A DNA stretch of 64,000 nucleotides from an uncultured Thermoleophilia bacterium (GCA_963715985.1 CAVQSP010000014.1:448001-512000); one strand, 5' to 3'; shown: positions 20,822 to 32,188, counted from the stretch's first letter. Notes: generated from the letters alone by a model not told the origin. Translations and numbers: made by a program.

Positions 20822-22001
20822 CATGAAGGATGGACTGAGCGAGCTCTTCCGGCGCACGGACAGCGCGGGGCCGCCGCCTGAGGCCGCCCAGGATGCGGTC
20901 GTCAAAGGGCGGCCGTACGTGACCACCATCAAGGTCGTGGGTGTGGGCGGCGCCGGCACCAACGCCGTGAACCGCATGGTCGACTCGGGCGTGAAGGGCG
21001 TCGAGTTCATCGCCATCAACACCGACGTTCAGCAGCTCGGGATGTGCGACGCCGACGTCAAGATCCACATCGGCCAGGAGCTCACGCACGGCCTCGGAGG
21101 CGGCGCCAACCCGGAGGTCGGGCGCGAGGCCATGGAGGCGTCGCGCGACCAGCTCAAGGCGGCGTTGCGCGGCGCCGACCTGGTCTTCGTCACGGCCGGC
21201 GAGGGCGGCGGCACAGGCACCGGCGGTGCGCCCGTGGTCGCCCAGGTGGCGCACGAGCTCGGCGCCGTCACCATCGCCATCGTCACCAAGCCGTTCGGCT
21301 TCGAGGGCAACCGCCGGATGCACCAGGCGCTGGACGGCATCGACGTCATGCGCAGCATCGCCGACACCGTCATCAGCATCCCCAACGACCGCCTGCTCGA
21401 GGTCGTGGAGCGCAACACCAGCGTGGTCGAGGCGTTCAAGCACGCCGACGACATCCTGCGCCAGGGCGTGCAGGGCATCACCGACCTCATCACGGTGCCC
21501 GGCCTCATCAACCTGGACTTCGCCGACGTGCGCACCATCGTCAAGGACGCCGGCACGGCCCTGCTCGGCATCGGCGTGGCCGGGGGCGAGAACCGCGCCC
21601 AGGCCGCCGCCGACGCGGCCATCCATTCGCCGCTCCTGGAGACCTCCATCGACGGCGCCCGCGGGCTGCTGCTCAACATCACCGGCGGCGAGGACCTCAC
21701 GCTCTTCGAGGTCAACGAGGCCGCCGGTGTCATCGGCGAAGCCGCCGACGACGACGCCAACATCATCTTCGGCGCCGTGGTGGACGAGCGGCTCAAGGGC
21801 AAGATCTCCATCACCGTCGTGGCCACCGGCTTCGGCGACGCAGCGCCGCGCCAGTCCGCAGAGGCGGCGCCCGACCGCGCCCGTCCGCTCGCCGAGACCG
21901 TGCGCGAGGCTCCGGCCCCGTCGAAGCCGTTCGGCAGTGCGCCGACGTTCGATTCCGGGGACTTCGAGATCCCGTCCTTCGTGCGCCAGCCTGAGGAGTA
22001 G
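20805..22001 (+). CDS. ftsZ: Cell division protein FtsZ with ~35-aa N-terminal extension
   Basis: [17 protein letters not shown] tubulin signature, NLDFAD T7 loop, C-terminal DFEIPSF; RBS GGAGG before ATG 20805. Confidence 0.97.
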   Translation: MVDRPSMKDGLSELFRRTDSAGPPPEAAQDAVVKGRPYVTTIKVVGVGGAGTNAVNRMVDSGVKGVEFIAINTDVQQLGMCDADVKIHIGQELTHGLGGGANPEVGREAMEASRDQLKAALRGADLVFVTAGEGGGTGTGGAPVVAQVAHELGAVTIAIVTKPFGFEGNRRMHQALDGIDVMRSIADTVISIPNDRLLEVVERNTSVVEAFKHADDILRQGVQGITDLITVPGLINLDFADVRTIVKDAGTALLGIGVAGGENRAQAAADAAIHSPLLETSIDGARGLLLNITGGEDLTLFEVNEAAGVIGEAADDDANIIFGAVVDERLKGKISITVVATGFGDAAPRQSAEAAPDRARPLAETVREAPAPSKPFGSAPTFDSGDFEIPSFVRQPEE

Positions 22002-22034
22002 CCCGTTTGACTGCGCATCCCGGAGGCGACGACC

Positions 22035-22802
22035 GTGCCTGCTGACGCGGCCGTCGCCGCACCTCCGGTAGCCCTGGAGCTGGACCTCGACGTCTTCGAC
22101 GGGCCGTTCGACCTCCTCGTCACGCTCATCCTCAAGGACGAGATCGACATCTGGGAGGTACGCGTCTCGAGCATCATCGCCGAGTACGTCCTCAAGCTTG
22201 CCGACAGCGGCGAGTTCGACCTCGACGCCACCTCGCAGTTCGTGGTGCTGGTGGCGGCGCTGCTGGAGATGAAGTCACGTCTGCTCCTCGAGGAGGACGT
22301 CGAGGAGGAGCTCGAGGATCTTGACCCGGACGAGGCGGCCGCGCGGCTCCTCGAGCGCCTGGTGCGCTACAGCCAGTTCAAGAACGCCGCCGTCGCGCTG
22401 CGCGCGCGGTGGGAGGAGCACAGCGGGCGCCTGTACAGGACGGCGCCGGTACCGGCGTCGCTGCTGCGCCGGCCGGCCCCCGAAGGGGCCCTGCCGGCGC
22501 GGGCCCTGGCCGCCGCCCTCGCGCCGCTGCTGCGCGAGCCTCCGGTCCCCGACACGAGCCACCTCGCCGATCTCGCCGTGTCGCTGGTCAAGGAGCTCCG
22601 CCGTCTGCGCCTCATCCTCGGCGACACCGGCGAGTTCACGTTCTCCTCGGTGGCGCCCGACGACCGTCTGGAGCGTGCCGTCACCTTCTTCGCGCTGCTC
22701 GAGCTGCATTCGGGAGGCGAGGCGACGCTGCGCCAGCGGCGGCACTTCGGCGACATCACGGTGACCCGGCTGCCCGAGCTCGCGCCGGCCGTCGCCGGGT
22801 GA
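22035..22802 (+). CDS. scpA: Segregation/condensation protein A
   Basis: FDGPFDLLVTLI, KSRLLL, TFFALLEL, QRRHFGDI. Confidence 0.93.
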   Translation: MPADAAVAAPPVALELDLDVFDGPFDLLVTLILKDEIDIWEVRVSSIIAEYVLKLADSGEFDLDATSQFVVLVAALLEMKSRLLLEEDVEEELEDLDPDEAAARLLERLVRYSQFKNAAVALRARWEEHSGRLYRTAPVPASLLRRPAPEGALPARALAAALAPLLREPPVPDTSHLADLAVSLVKELRRLRLILGDTGEFTFSSVAPDDRLERAVTFFALLELHSGGEATLRQRRHFGDITVTRLPELAPAVAG

Positions 22803-22864
22803 CGCCGGGCGCCGGACTGCGGTAGCATCGGTCTCACCAGTTCACTGGCCGACCCCGGGATCTC

Positions 22865-23441
22865 ATGCCGACACTCACCCAGCGCCTCGAAGCGCTCCTG
22901 TTCATCTCCCCGCGTCCGCTTCCGCCTGCCGAGATGGCGGCGGCCTGCGCGGCGTCCGCGAGAGGAGGTGGAGTCGGCGCTGGTTGCGCTGCGTGAGGAG
23001 TACGCCGCCGGGCGTCACGGCCTGGTACTGAGGGAGGTCGCGGGTGGTGTGACCATGGCCGTCGCCCCCGAGTGCGAGGACGACGTGCGCCGCCTCACCG
23101 GGGCCGAGCGCCCGGACGACCTCACGCCGGCACTGCTCGAGACGCTCGCGGTGGTGGCCTATCTGCAGCCGGTGACGCGCGCCGACGTGGCCGAGGTGCG
23201 CGGCGTGTCCTCGGAGTGGGCCCTCTCCTCGCTCGAGGAGCGTGGCTTGGTGGTGCAACAGGGCCGCGCGGACAGTCCCGGCTCGCCCATCCTGTACGGG
23301 ACGGGCGAGCGCTTTCTCAAGCTGTTCGGCCTCGACGCCTCTACGGCGCTGCCCCCGCTCGAGGAGTTCGCTCTCCAGCCGTCGGACGTGGACGAGATCC
23401 GCGCCCGGCTCTTCGCCAATGCCGAGAGGAGACGGGTGTGA
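22865..23441 (+). CDS. scpB: Segregation/condensation protein B (frameshift near 22960)
   Basis: LEALLF / LETLAVVAYLQPVTRADV..VRGV, PILYGT..FLKLFGL. Confidence 0.92.
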
Positions 23442-24548
23442 GTCAGCCCATGAACCTTGTGGTCTACCTGGCGCGCGCCGGGGTCGGATCGCGTCGTACG
23501 TGTGACGAGCTCGTGCGCGACGGAGCGGTCACCGTGAACGGCGAGGTGGTCACGTTCCCGCGCCAGAAGATCGGCGAGGAGGACGTGGTAGCCGTGCGCG
23601 GTGACACCGTCGAGCCGCGCGAGCTGCGCTACCTGCTCGTCAACAAACCGCGAGGCGTGGCGAGCACGCGCAGCGACCCCCACGCCGACCGCGTGATCGT
23701 GGACCTGGTCCCGAACGGCCGCATGCTGTTCCCGGTCGGCCGACTGGACGTGGACACCACCGGCCTCATCATCCTCACCAACGACGGCGTGCTGGCCAAC
23801 AGGCTGATGCACCCACGCTACGGCGTGCCCAAGACCTACGCGGCGCGTGTCAAAGGCAAGGTCAGCAGGCGGGCGCTCGGTGCACTTCGCCAGGGCGTCG
23901 AGCTCGAGGACGGCCTTACGGCGCCCGCGGAGGTCAACCTGCGCAAGCAGAGCGCCAAGACGGCCCTCGTCGACATCACCATCCACGAGGGCCGCAAGCG
24001 CCAGGTGCGGCGCATGTTCGCGTCGGTGGGCCTGCCGGTGGAGGAGCTCCACCGGCGCCGGTACGGCCCTATCGCCGACAAAGGCCTTGAGCCGGGCGGC
24101 TTCCGCGAGCTGGCCGGGGACGAGGTGGAGGCGCTGCGCCAGGCCTGCGGAAGAGGTGGCCGACGCGGTGGGCCAGGAGTCAGAGGGCCAGCCACTGATG
24201 CTCGCGGCCGAGGCACAGCCCGTCCTGTCGGACGCGAGCCTGGTCGCACCCGATGCCGAGGTCGCGGAGGCGACCATGCTGGCGCCGGCCCCCGAGTCCG
24301 CGCCGTCTCCACAGACCGCGCCGGCCTCCAGGGAGCCTGCAGCCGCGGAGTCCGCGGCGGGGACTTCCGCGCCGTCTGCTGAGCTCGGCGACTCCTCCGG
24401 CGCCGAGCCCGGACCCGAGCACACCGCCGGCGACGCGCCGGAGCCAGACGATGGTCCCGGCGAGGATCCGGAGCCAGACGACGCCCCCGGCGACGAGGCG
24501 AGGTCCGACGCCGCTGCCGGGGAGCCCGGCGCGGGAGAGGACGGCTGA
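23438..24548 (+). CDS. rluB: 23S rRNA pseudouridine synthase (RluB/RsuA family), probably continuing via a frameshift near 24146 into an acidic low-complexity tail
   Basis: S4 domain YLARAGVGSRR, NKPRG, VGRLD, EGRKRQVRRM; end coordinate uncertain. Confidence 0.85.
24438..24497 (+). repeat. Two imperfect 30-bp tandem units in the rluB tail
   Basis: ccggagccagacgatggtcccggcgaggat / ccggagccagacgacgcccccggcgacgag (PEPDDGPGED/PEPDDAPGDE). Confidence 0.75.
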
Positions 24549-24576
24549 TGCCCGCGAAAGCGAGTCCGCTCTGAGC

Positions 24577-25593
24577 ATGCTCGTCGTCATGCGCGAGGGC
24601 GCGACGGAGGGCGACGTGGCCCGCGTCGTGGCGCGCGTGGAAGAGGTCGGGGCGAGCGCCCACATCTCGGTCGGGGAGCGCGTGACCATCGTCGCCGTGC
24701 TCGGCGACCGCGAGTCCATCACCCAGCTGCCGCTCGAGGTCATGCCGGGAGTGGACCGCGTGGTGGCCATCCTGCGCCCGTACAAGCTCGTCAGCCGCGA
24801 GTTCCAGCAGCACGACACCGTGATCGACGTGCGCGGCGCCAAGATAGGCGGCGGCCACTTCGCGATCATCGCCGGACCCTGCTCGGTGGAGACCCCGGAG
24901 CAGGTGCTCGCCGCAGCGCGCGCCGTCAAGGCGGCCGGCGGCCACATGATGCGCGGCGGCGCCTTCAAGCCGCGCACCTCGCCCTATGCCTTCCAGGGCC
25001 TGGGCGAGGAAGGCCTGCAGATGCTCGCCGCCGCCCGCGACGAGACCGGCCTCCCGATCGTCACCGAAGTGATGGATCCGCGCGACCTGGACGTGGTGTG
25101 CGAGTACGCGGACGTGCTCCAGATCGGCGCCCGCAACACGCAGAACTTCCTGCTCCTGGCGGAGGTGGGCAGGATCGCCAAGCCGGTGCTCCTGAAGCGT
25201 GGTCCGTCCACCACGATCGAGGAGCTGCTCATGGCGGCCGAGTACATCGTCAAGGAGGGCAACCGCGAGGTGATCCTGTGTGAGCGCGGCATCCGCACGT
25301 TCGAGCCGGCCACGCGCAACACGTTCGACGTCAGCGCGGTGCCGGTGATCAAGCTCGCCAGCCACCTGCCCGTGGTGGTCGACCCGAGCCACTCCGCCGG
25401 CCGGCTCGACCTCGTCCTGCCGCTCTCGCTGGCCGGCGTCGCCGCCGGGGCGGACGGTGTGCTGGTGGAGACGCATCCCAACCCGGAGCACGCCCTGTGC
25501 GACGGTCCGCAGTCGCTGCCCACGGCCGTGTTCGGCGAGTACGCCGGCCGCGTCCTGGACCTGGCACGCTGGGCCGGCAAGACGGTGAAGTGA
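24577..25593 (+). CDS. aroF: DAHP synthase class I-beta with N-terminal regulatory domain
   Basis: IAGPCSVE, GGAFKPRTSPY, QIGARN, LCERG, VDPSH. Confidence 0.95.
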   Translation: MLVVMREGATEGDVARVVARVEEVGASAHISVGERVTIVAVLGDRESITQLPLEVMPGVDRVVAILRPYKLVSREFQQHDTVIDVRGAKIGGGHFAIIAGPCSVETPEQVLAAARAVKAAGGHMMRGGAFKPRTSPYAFQGLGEEGLQMLAAARDETGLPIVTEVMDPRDLDVVCEYADVLQIGARNTQNFLLLAEVGRIAKPVLLKRGPSTTIEELLMAAEYIVKEGNREVILCERGIRTFEPATRNTFDVSAVPVIKLASHLPVVVDPSHSAGRLDLVLPLSLAGVAAGADGVLVETHPNPEHALCDGPQSLPTAVFGEYAGRVLDLARWAGKTVK

Positions 25594-25597
25594 GGCG

Positions 25598-26710
25598 GTG
25601 AGCGACGTGGCCGTCAGGACCGTTGCCGTCATCGGCGTCGGCCTCATGGGCGGTTCGCTGGGGCTGGCGGCACGCGAACGCGCCGGGGTGACCGAGGTCC
25701 GTGGCTACAGCCAGACCCGGGCGACACTCGACCTCGCGCTGGAACGCGGTGCCATCACCACCGCGTGTGCGAGTCTCGAGGAGGCTGCCACGGGCGCCGA
25801 CCTCGTCTTCGTGTGCACGCCGGTGCGCCTCGTGGTGAAGCACGTCAAGGCGGCGCTCGCGGCGGCGCCGCCGCACGCCGTGATCAGCGACGTGGGCAGC
25901 ACCAAGGGCCCGCTGATGCGGGCGCTCACTCCCGAGGAGCAGGAGCGCTGTGTGGGAGGGCACCCGCTGTGCGGCTCGGAGACGGCCGGCGTGGCCAACG
26001 CCCGCGCCTCCCTGTATGAGGGCGCCACCTACTTCGTCACGCCCGGCGACCACGTGTCCACCGAGGCCTACCAGCTCCTGTACGGCTTCCTCGGCGACAT
26101 CGGCTCGCGGCCGGTCGCCGTGGACCCGGAGGAGCACGACCGCCTGATGGCCGTGGTCAGCCACCTCCCTCACGTGCTCGCCAACGTCCTCATGACGCAG
26201 GCCGGGCTGCACACGGGCTCCCGCGACGCGCTTCTCTCGGCGGGCCCCAGCTTCCGCGACCTCACGCGCGTGGCCGGCAGCAACCGGCGCGTGTGGACCG
26301 ACATCTTCCTCGAGAACAGGGCGGCTCTGCTGGCCGCCCTCGCGACCTTCCAGCAGGGCCTGCAGGAGGTGCTGGAGGCGCTCGCGGCCAACGACGCCGA
26401 GCGCCTCGGCGACACCATCCGCAACGCGGCCTCGCAGCGCGAGCGCATGCTCGCCGCCGGCAGCCTCACGGCCCGCGAGCTGCATCGCCTCATCGTGCGC
26501 GTGCCCGACAGGCCCGGCGTGTTCAGCGAGATCATGGTGGCCCTCGGCGACGCCGGCATCAACATCGAGGACCTCTCCATGCACCACATGAGCGCCGAGC
26601 TCGGGGGCACGCTCACCGTGTACGTGCTCGGCGAGGACGCGAGCCTGCGCGGCCTGCACATCCTCGCCGGCCTGGGCTACGACGTGATCACCGGGAGCGA
26701 GCTGGAATGA
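25598..26710 (+). CDS. tyrA: Prephenate dehydrogenase with C-terminal ACT domain
   Basis: [23 protein letters not shown]...SHLPH, PDRPG. Confidence 0.93.
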   Translation: MSDVAVRTVAVIGVGLMGGSLGLAARERAGVTEVRGYSQTRATLDLALERGAITTACASLEEAATGADLVFVCTPVRLVVKHVKAALAAAPPHAVISDVGSTKGPLMRALTPEEQERCVGGHPLCGSETAGVANARASLYEGATYFVTPGDHVSTEAYQLLYGFLGDIGSRPVAVDPEEHDRLMAVVSHLPHVLANVLMTQAGLHTGSRDALLSAGPSFRDLTRVAGSNRRVWTDIFLENRAALLAALATFQQGLQEVLEALAANDAERLGDTIRNAASQRERMLAAGSLTARELHRLIVRVPDRPGVFSEIMVALGDAGINIEDLSMHHMSAELGGTLTVYVLGEDASLRGLHILAGLGYDVITGSELE

Positions 26711-27367
26711 CGGTCGTGGCGGTGGACGGTCCCGTAGGCTCGGGCAAGAGCACGGTGGCCCGCCGCGTGGCCGTTCGCCTCGGCTACGTCTACTTGGACA
26801 CCGGGGCCATGTACCGGGCGGTGGGGCTGCTCGCCACGGAGGCGGGAGTGTCGCTGGACGACGAGGCCGCCGTGGTGGCCGTGGCCGGCGCCGCGCGCCT
26901 GCGCTTCGACGGCGACGGCCGCCTCTTCGCCGGCGAGCGCGACGTGAGCGAGGCCATCCGCACGCTGGAGATGGGCGCGGCGGCCTCGCGCGTCTCTGCG
27001 CTGCCCGGCGTCCGCTCGTTGCTGGTGGAGCGAGCAGCGGCGCCTCGCCGGGTCCTCCGACATCGTCATGGAGGGCCGCGACATCGGCACCAACGTGTTC
27101 CCGGGTGCCGAGGTCAAGGTGTTCCTGACGGCGCGCCCGGAGGTGCGGGCGGCGCGCCGTGCCGCCGAGCTGCTCGCGAAGGGAGAAGACGTCGACGAGG
27201 CCACGGTGCTGGCGGCGCTCCTCGAGCGCGACGAGCGCGACTCCACCCGCACGGTGGCGCCGCTGCGCAAGGCCGATGACGCCGTGGAGGTGGACACCTC
27301 CGAGCTGACACTCGACGAGGTCGTCGACGCCGTGGTGGCCATCGCTCGGGAGAGGACCGCGCCGTGA
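26707..27367 (+). CDS. cmk: Cytidylate kinase (frameshift near 27033)
   Basis: [17 protein letters not shown] / EGRDIG, RDERD. Confidence 0.93.
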
Positions 27368-28006
27368 AGCTCTGGGGACTGCCGCTCGTCGGGTACGGGG
27401 ACAGCGGCCTCTACACGTTCTGCCGCTTCCTCGCCGTGCCCCTGTTCGGCGGCGTCTACGGCTGCCGCGTCACGGGCGCCGGGAACCTGCCCCGCACCGG
27501 CCCCGTGATCGTGGCCTGCAATCACAAGGCCAACATCGACCCCGTGATCGCCGGCATGGTCTGCGACCGGCCGCTGCGCTACATGGCCAAGAAGGAGCTG
27601 TTCCGCCACGCGCCCTTCCGCAAGCTCATCGTGAGCCTGGGCGCCTTTCCCATCGATCGGGGCGCCGGCGACCGCGAGGCCCTGCGCACGTCGCTGGACA
27701 TCCTCGGGGAGGGCGGCGTGCTGCTGATGTTCCCGGAGGGCCACCGCCAGCACGACGACGCCATCCACGACTTCATGCCCGGTGTCGGCATGCTCGCCCT
27801 GCGCAGCGGCGCCCCCGTGGTGCCGCTGGCCATGGACGGTACGCAGCGCATGATGCCGGATGGGCGTCCGCACCTCACCGGTGCTGCGTACCGCCATCGG
27901 CCCGCCCATCGACATGGGCGACCTCACGGCGCGCAACAGCAAGACCTACCAGGAGGCGGCGCGGCGCATGCAGCAGGCCCTGACCGATCTGTATGCGGGG
28001 CTCTGA
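27364..28006 (+). CDS. plsC: Lysophospholipid acyltransferase (frameshift near 27876)
   Basis: NHKANID (HX4D), MAKKELF, FPEG. Confidence 0.88.
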
Positions 28007-28097
28007 CCCGGCGCCGCGCGAGACCGGCGAGCAGCGCCCCGACGAGGTCGTCGAGCCGGAGCGGCGCGCCGAGCTCCGCCAGGTGCGCACCGGCACC

Positions 28098-28944
28098 GTG
28101 GAGATCGTCGTGGCGCGGTACGCGGGCTACTGCTACGGGGTCGAGAGAGCACTGCGCACCACGGAGGAGGCCCTCGAGGGCGCCGTGGGTCCGGTCGCGA
28201 GCCTGGGCCCCATCATCCACAACCCTACGGTGGTCGGGCAGCTCGAGGCCCGTGGTGTGGCCGTGGTGGACGATGCCGAACACATGGAGAGCGGCACGCT
28301 GATCGTGCGCACCCACGGCGTGGCGCCCGCACGTGGTCGAACGCGCCCGGGAGCGCAACCTCGCCGTGGTCGACGCCACCTGCCCGTTCGTGGCGGTGGC
28401 GCAGCGCAAGGCGGCGAGCCTGCGCGAGGCGGGCTACGCGGTCGTGATCCTGGGGGAGCGCGACCACCCCGAGGTGGCCGGGCTGCAGGGCTTCGCGGGA
28501 GAGGGCGCCGTGGTGGTGGAGGACGCCGCCGGTCTGCCGCTGGAACGGCTGCGCGGCAAGCGCGTCGGCCTCGTGGTGCAGACCACGCAGACGCGCGCCA
28601 ACCTCGCCAGCGTGGCCGCGGCCGTCGCGCCGGTGGCGCGGGAGATGCTGGTGTACAACACCATCTGCGACGCCACCGAGAAGCGCCAGGACGCGGCCTG
28701 CGAGCTGGCCGCGGAGGTGGACGCCGTGGTCGTGGTCGGCGGCCGCAACAGCGCCAACACGGCGCGGCTGGCCCAGCTCTGCCTGGCCATCGAGCCGCGC
28801 ACCCACCACATCGAGTCGGCCGCCGAGCTGCGCCCGGAGTGGTTCGCCGGCGCCGCGCGTGTGGGCGTGACCGCCGGGGCCTCGACCCCGGACGAGGAGA
28901 TCGAGGCCACCGTGGTGGCCCTGGTGGACCTCTGTGGCGGCTGA
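28098..28944 (+). CDS. ispH: HMBPP reductase (frameshift near 28330)
   Basis: GYCYGV, IIHN, RTHGV / DATCPFV, HPEV, QTT, NTICDAT, SANT, AGASTP. Confidence 0.93.
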
Positions 28945-30237
28945 CGCGGCCGGCGGCCTGCCGGTGGCCGCGGTCCAGGACGCCGCGGCGCGGGCCGGCC
29001 TGCGCGCCGGCGACTGCATCGCGCGCATCGACGGCGAGGTGCCCGTGGACGTCCTCGACCTCGAGATGGCCGCCGCCGACGAGGTGTTCACCCTGACCGT
29101 GCTGCGCGACGGGCATCCGCTCGACGTTGCCGTCGCGCAGCGCCCCGGCGAGTGGCACGGCATCTCTCTGGGCCACGACGGCCTCGGCGACGAGCCGCGC
29201 GTGTGCCGCAACCGCTGCCGCTTCTGCTTCGTCGACCAGGTGCCGCCGGGCCTGCGCGCCGCCTTGTACGTGAAGGACGACGACTACCGCCTGTCGTTCC
29301 TGCACGGCAACTTCACCACGCTCACCAACCTGGCCGAGAGTGACGTGCGAGCGCATCCTCGCGCTGCGGCTCTCGCCGCTCTACGTGTCGCTGCACGCCT
29401 GGGACGACGCGGCGCGCGTGCGCCTCATGGGGCGCGCCGCGGCGGGCTCGCGGGAGACGCTCGAGCGGCTTGCCGCCGCCGGCCTCGAGCTCCACCTCCA
29501 GGTGGTGCTGTGCCCGGGCTGGAACGACGGCGACGTGCTCGCCGGCACCGTGGAGGGCGCCGCCTCGCTGGCCGCCGTCGCCGATCTCGGCATCGTGCCG
29601 GTGTCGCTGGCCGAGGAGGGCGACCTGCGGCGCGTGACCGGCGCCGACGCCGAGGCCGTGCTGGCCGCCGTCGAGGCCTGGCAGGAGCGCTTTCGCGCCG
29701 AGCGCGGCGCGGCCTTCGTGCACGCCGCCGACGAGTTCCACCTGCTCTGCGGACGCACGCCGCCGGCGAGCGACGCGCCCGACCAGTACGAGAACGGCAT
29801 CGGGATGTCGGCGCAGCTGCTGGAGGAGGCGGAGGACCTCGGGAGGGACGACGTGCCGGGCGGCCCGGCCGACCGGGCCGGAGCGGTGGCGCCGTGCGCC
29901 TGCTGACCGGCACGCTGGCGGCGCCGGTGGTGGCGCGCGCGGGCGACGCCCTCGGCGCGCGCCTCGGCGTAGCCGTGCGGCCGTTCCCCGTGGCGAACCG
30001 CCTGTTCGGCGACCACGTGACGGTGACGGGCCTTCTGGGGGGGCGCGAAGTGCTCGCGGCGCTCGGCGCCGACCCGCTCGCCGAAGGCGAATGGCTGGTC
30101 GCGCCGCGCGTGTTCGTGCCGGCGGACTCTCGGGCGCACGCTCGACGACGTCGGCGAGGACGACCTCGCGGCCGCCTGCGGCGGCCGCCTCATCCTCGCA
30201 ACGGTCCCTTCGTGACGCGTTTGCTAGACTGTCCTGA
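28934..30237 (+). CDS. PDZ + radical SAM-like DUF512 protein (several frameshifts)
   Basis: CRNRCRFCFVDQ, KDDDYRLSFLHGNF, PG.NDG, ADEF, QYENGIG, VTVTGLL; upstream of der. Confidence 0.8.
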
Positions 30238-31544
30238 TGGACCCTCTTCCCATCGTCGTCGTCGTCGGCTCACCGAACGCCGGCAAATCCACCTTGGTGA
30301 ACCGCCTCGCGGGCTCGCGCCAGGCTGTGGTCCACGAGACCCCCGGCGTGACCCGCGACCGCAAGGAGTTCGAGGTGGAGTGGGAGGGCCGCCTGTTCAC
30401 GATGGTGGACACCGGCGGCTACGACACCACCGAGGACGCCCCGTACGCCGTTCACATCCGCGAGCAGATCGAGCTGGCGGTGGCCACGGCCGACGTCGTG
30501 CTGTTCGTGGTCGACGGCCGTGCGGGTCCACTGGCCGACGACTTCGAGATCGCAGAGGTGCTGCGCCGCGCCAGGGTGCCAGTGGTGCTCGCCGCCAACA
30601 AGCTCGACGACCCGGCCGCGGTGAGCGCCGCTCAGGAACTGTACCAGCTTGGCCTCGGTGAGCCGCTGATCGTCTCGGCCACCCACGGGCTGGGGACGAG
30701 CGAGCTCCTGGACCGGCTGGTGGAGACGACCGGGGCCGAGCGCCCGGCCGAGGACCTGCCGGAGGCACCGGCGGAGATCCCCGTGGCCATCGTCGGCCGG
30801 CCCAACGCCGGCAAGTCGTCGCTGTTCAACGCCATCGTCGGCGAGCCGCGCACCATCGTCAGCGAGATCGCCGGCACCACCCGCGACGCCATCGACACGT
30901 GCGTCATCACGGAGGACGGTACCTTCCGCTTCATCGACACCGCCGGCATGCGCAAGGCCGCCAAGGTCAGCGGCGTGGAGTACTACTCCTACCTGCGCAG
31001 CGTGCAGAGCCTGGACCGCGCCCACGTGGCCATCATCGTCGTCGACGCCACCATGCGTTTCGGCGAGCTCGACCTCTCCATCTGCACGGAGGCGGCGCGC
31101 AACCACTGCGCCACGGTGATCGCCGTCAACAAGACGGACCTGGCCGAGGCGGACCTCGTGGAGATCGGCGGCATCGCGCGCCGCAAGCTGCGCCAGCGCC
31201 CCGAAGTCCTGGCCGTCTCCGCGGAGACGCATCGCGGCGTGGCTCAGCTTCTGTCCCTGGTCGCCTCCCTTGAGGCTCGCTTCGCCGCCCACATCCCCAC
31301 CGGCGAGCTCAACCGGGCGCTCGCCGCCCTGAGCACCGAGAGGGCCATGCCGCAGAAGCACGGCAAGCGCCTCAAGATGTACTACATCGCCCAGTTCGGC
31401 ACGTCGCCGCCGCGCTTCGCCATCGAGGTCAACGACCGGACCCTGGTCACGCGCGACTTCGGCTTCTTCGTGGAGAACCGCCTGCGCGCCCGGTTCGGCC
31501 TGGACGGCGTGCCCCTGGTCATCGACTTCAAGGGCAAGAAGTGA
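30237..31544 (+). CDS. der: Ribosome biogenesis GTPase Der (EngA)
   Basis: Two G domains (GSPNAGKST, GRPNAGKSS), GVTRD, GTTRD, KH-like tail. Confidence 0.97.
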   Translation: MDPLPIVVVVGSPNAGKSTLVNRLAGSRQAVVHETPGVTRDRKEFEVEWEGRLFTMVDTGGYDTTEDAPYAVHIREQIELAVATADVVLFVVDGRAGPLADDFEIAEVLRRARVPVVLAANKLDDPAAVSAAQELYQLGLGEPLIVSATHGLGTSELLDRLVETTGAERPAEDLPEAPAEIPVAIVGRPNAGKSSLFNAIVGEPRTIVSEIAGTTRDAIDTCVITEDGTFRFIDTAGMRKAAKVSGVEYYSYLRSVQSLDRAHVAIIVVDATMRFGELDLSICTEAARNHCATVIAVNKTDLAEADLVEIGGIARRKLRQRPEVLAVSAETHRGVAQLLSLVASLEARFAAHIPTGELNRALAALSTERAMPQKHGKRLKMYYIAQFGTSPPRFAIEVNDRTLVTRDFGFFVENRLRARFGLDGVPLVIDFKGKK

Positions 31545-32188
31545 TGGTGGTGCTGGGCGTCATCGCCTTCGTCGTCCTGTTCGTGCTGGCGTACCTCTGC
31601 GGGTCGATCCCCTTCGGCCTCGTGGTGGGCAAGCTCTTCTACCACGTGGACGTACGCCAGTACGGCTCGGGGAACGTCGGCACCACCAACGTGTTCCGCG
31701 TGCTCGGCAAGAGGGCCGGCGTCGCTGTGCTCATCTGCGACATGCTCAAGGGGTACATCCCGGCGATCCTCGCCGTGTGGCTGTTCGGTCCCTGGCCGAC
31801 CATCTTCATCGCCGCCGCCCCGGTGGTGGGGCACATCTACTCCATCTTCCTGAAGGGAAAGGGCGGCAAGGGTATCGCCACGGGCGCGGCCGTCGTGCTC
31901 GCCCTCGTGCCGCTCGTGTTCGGCATCATCCTGCTGGTGTGGATCCTCCTGCTGCTCACCACGCGGTACGTCAGCGTGGCGTCGCTGGCCGCCTCGTTCC
32001 TCGTGCCGGTGCTCACCATCGCCTTCAGCGAGCCTTTGCCCTACGAGATCGCCGCCGTGCTGGTGGCCGTCGTCGTGTGGTGGGCGCACCGCGGCAACAT
32101 CCAGCGTCTGGCGAAGGGCACCGAGAACCGCGTGCGGCTGCCGTGGTCGCGCGACCACCAGGCCGTTGCCGGCGGCGGAGGCGCGTGA
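31541..32188 (+). CDS. plsY: Glycerol-3-phosphate acyltransferase
   Basis: GSIPFG, GSGNVGTTN, GKGGKGIAT, HRGNI. Confidence 0.96.
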   Translation: MMVVLGVIAFVVLFVLAYLCGSIPFGLVVGKLFYHVDVRQYGSGNVGTTNVFRVLGKRAGVAVLICDMLKGYIPAILAVWLFGPWPTIFIAAAPVVGHIYSIFLKGKGGKGIATGAAVVLALVPLVFGIILLVWILLLLTTRYVSVASLAASFLVPVLTIAFSEPLPYEIAAVLVAVVVWWAHRGNIQRLAKGTENRVRLPWSRDHQAVAGGGGA

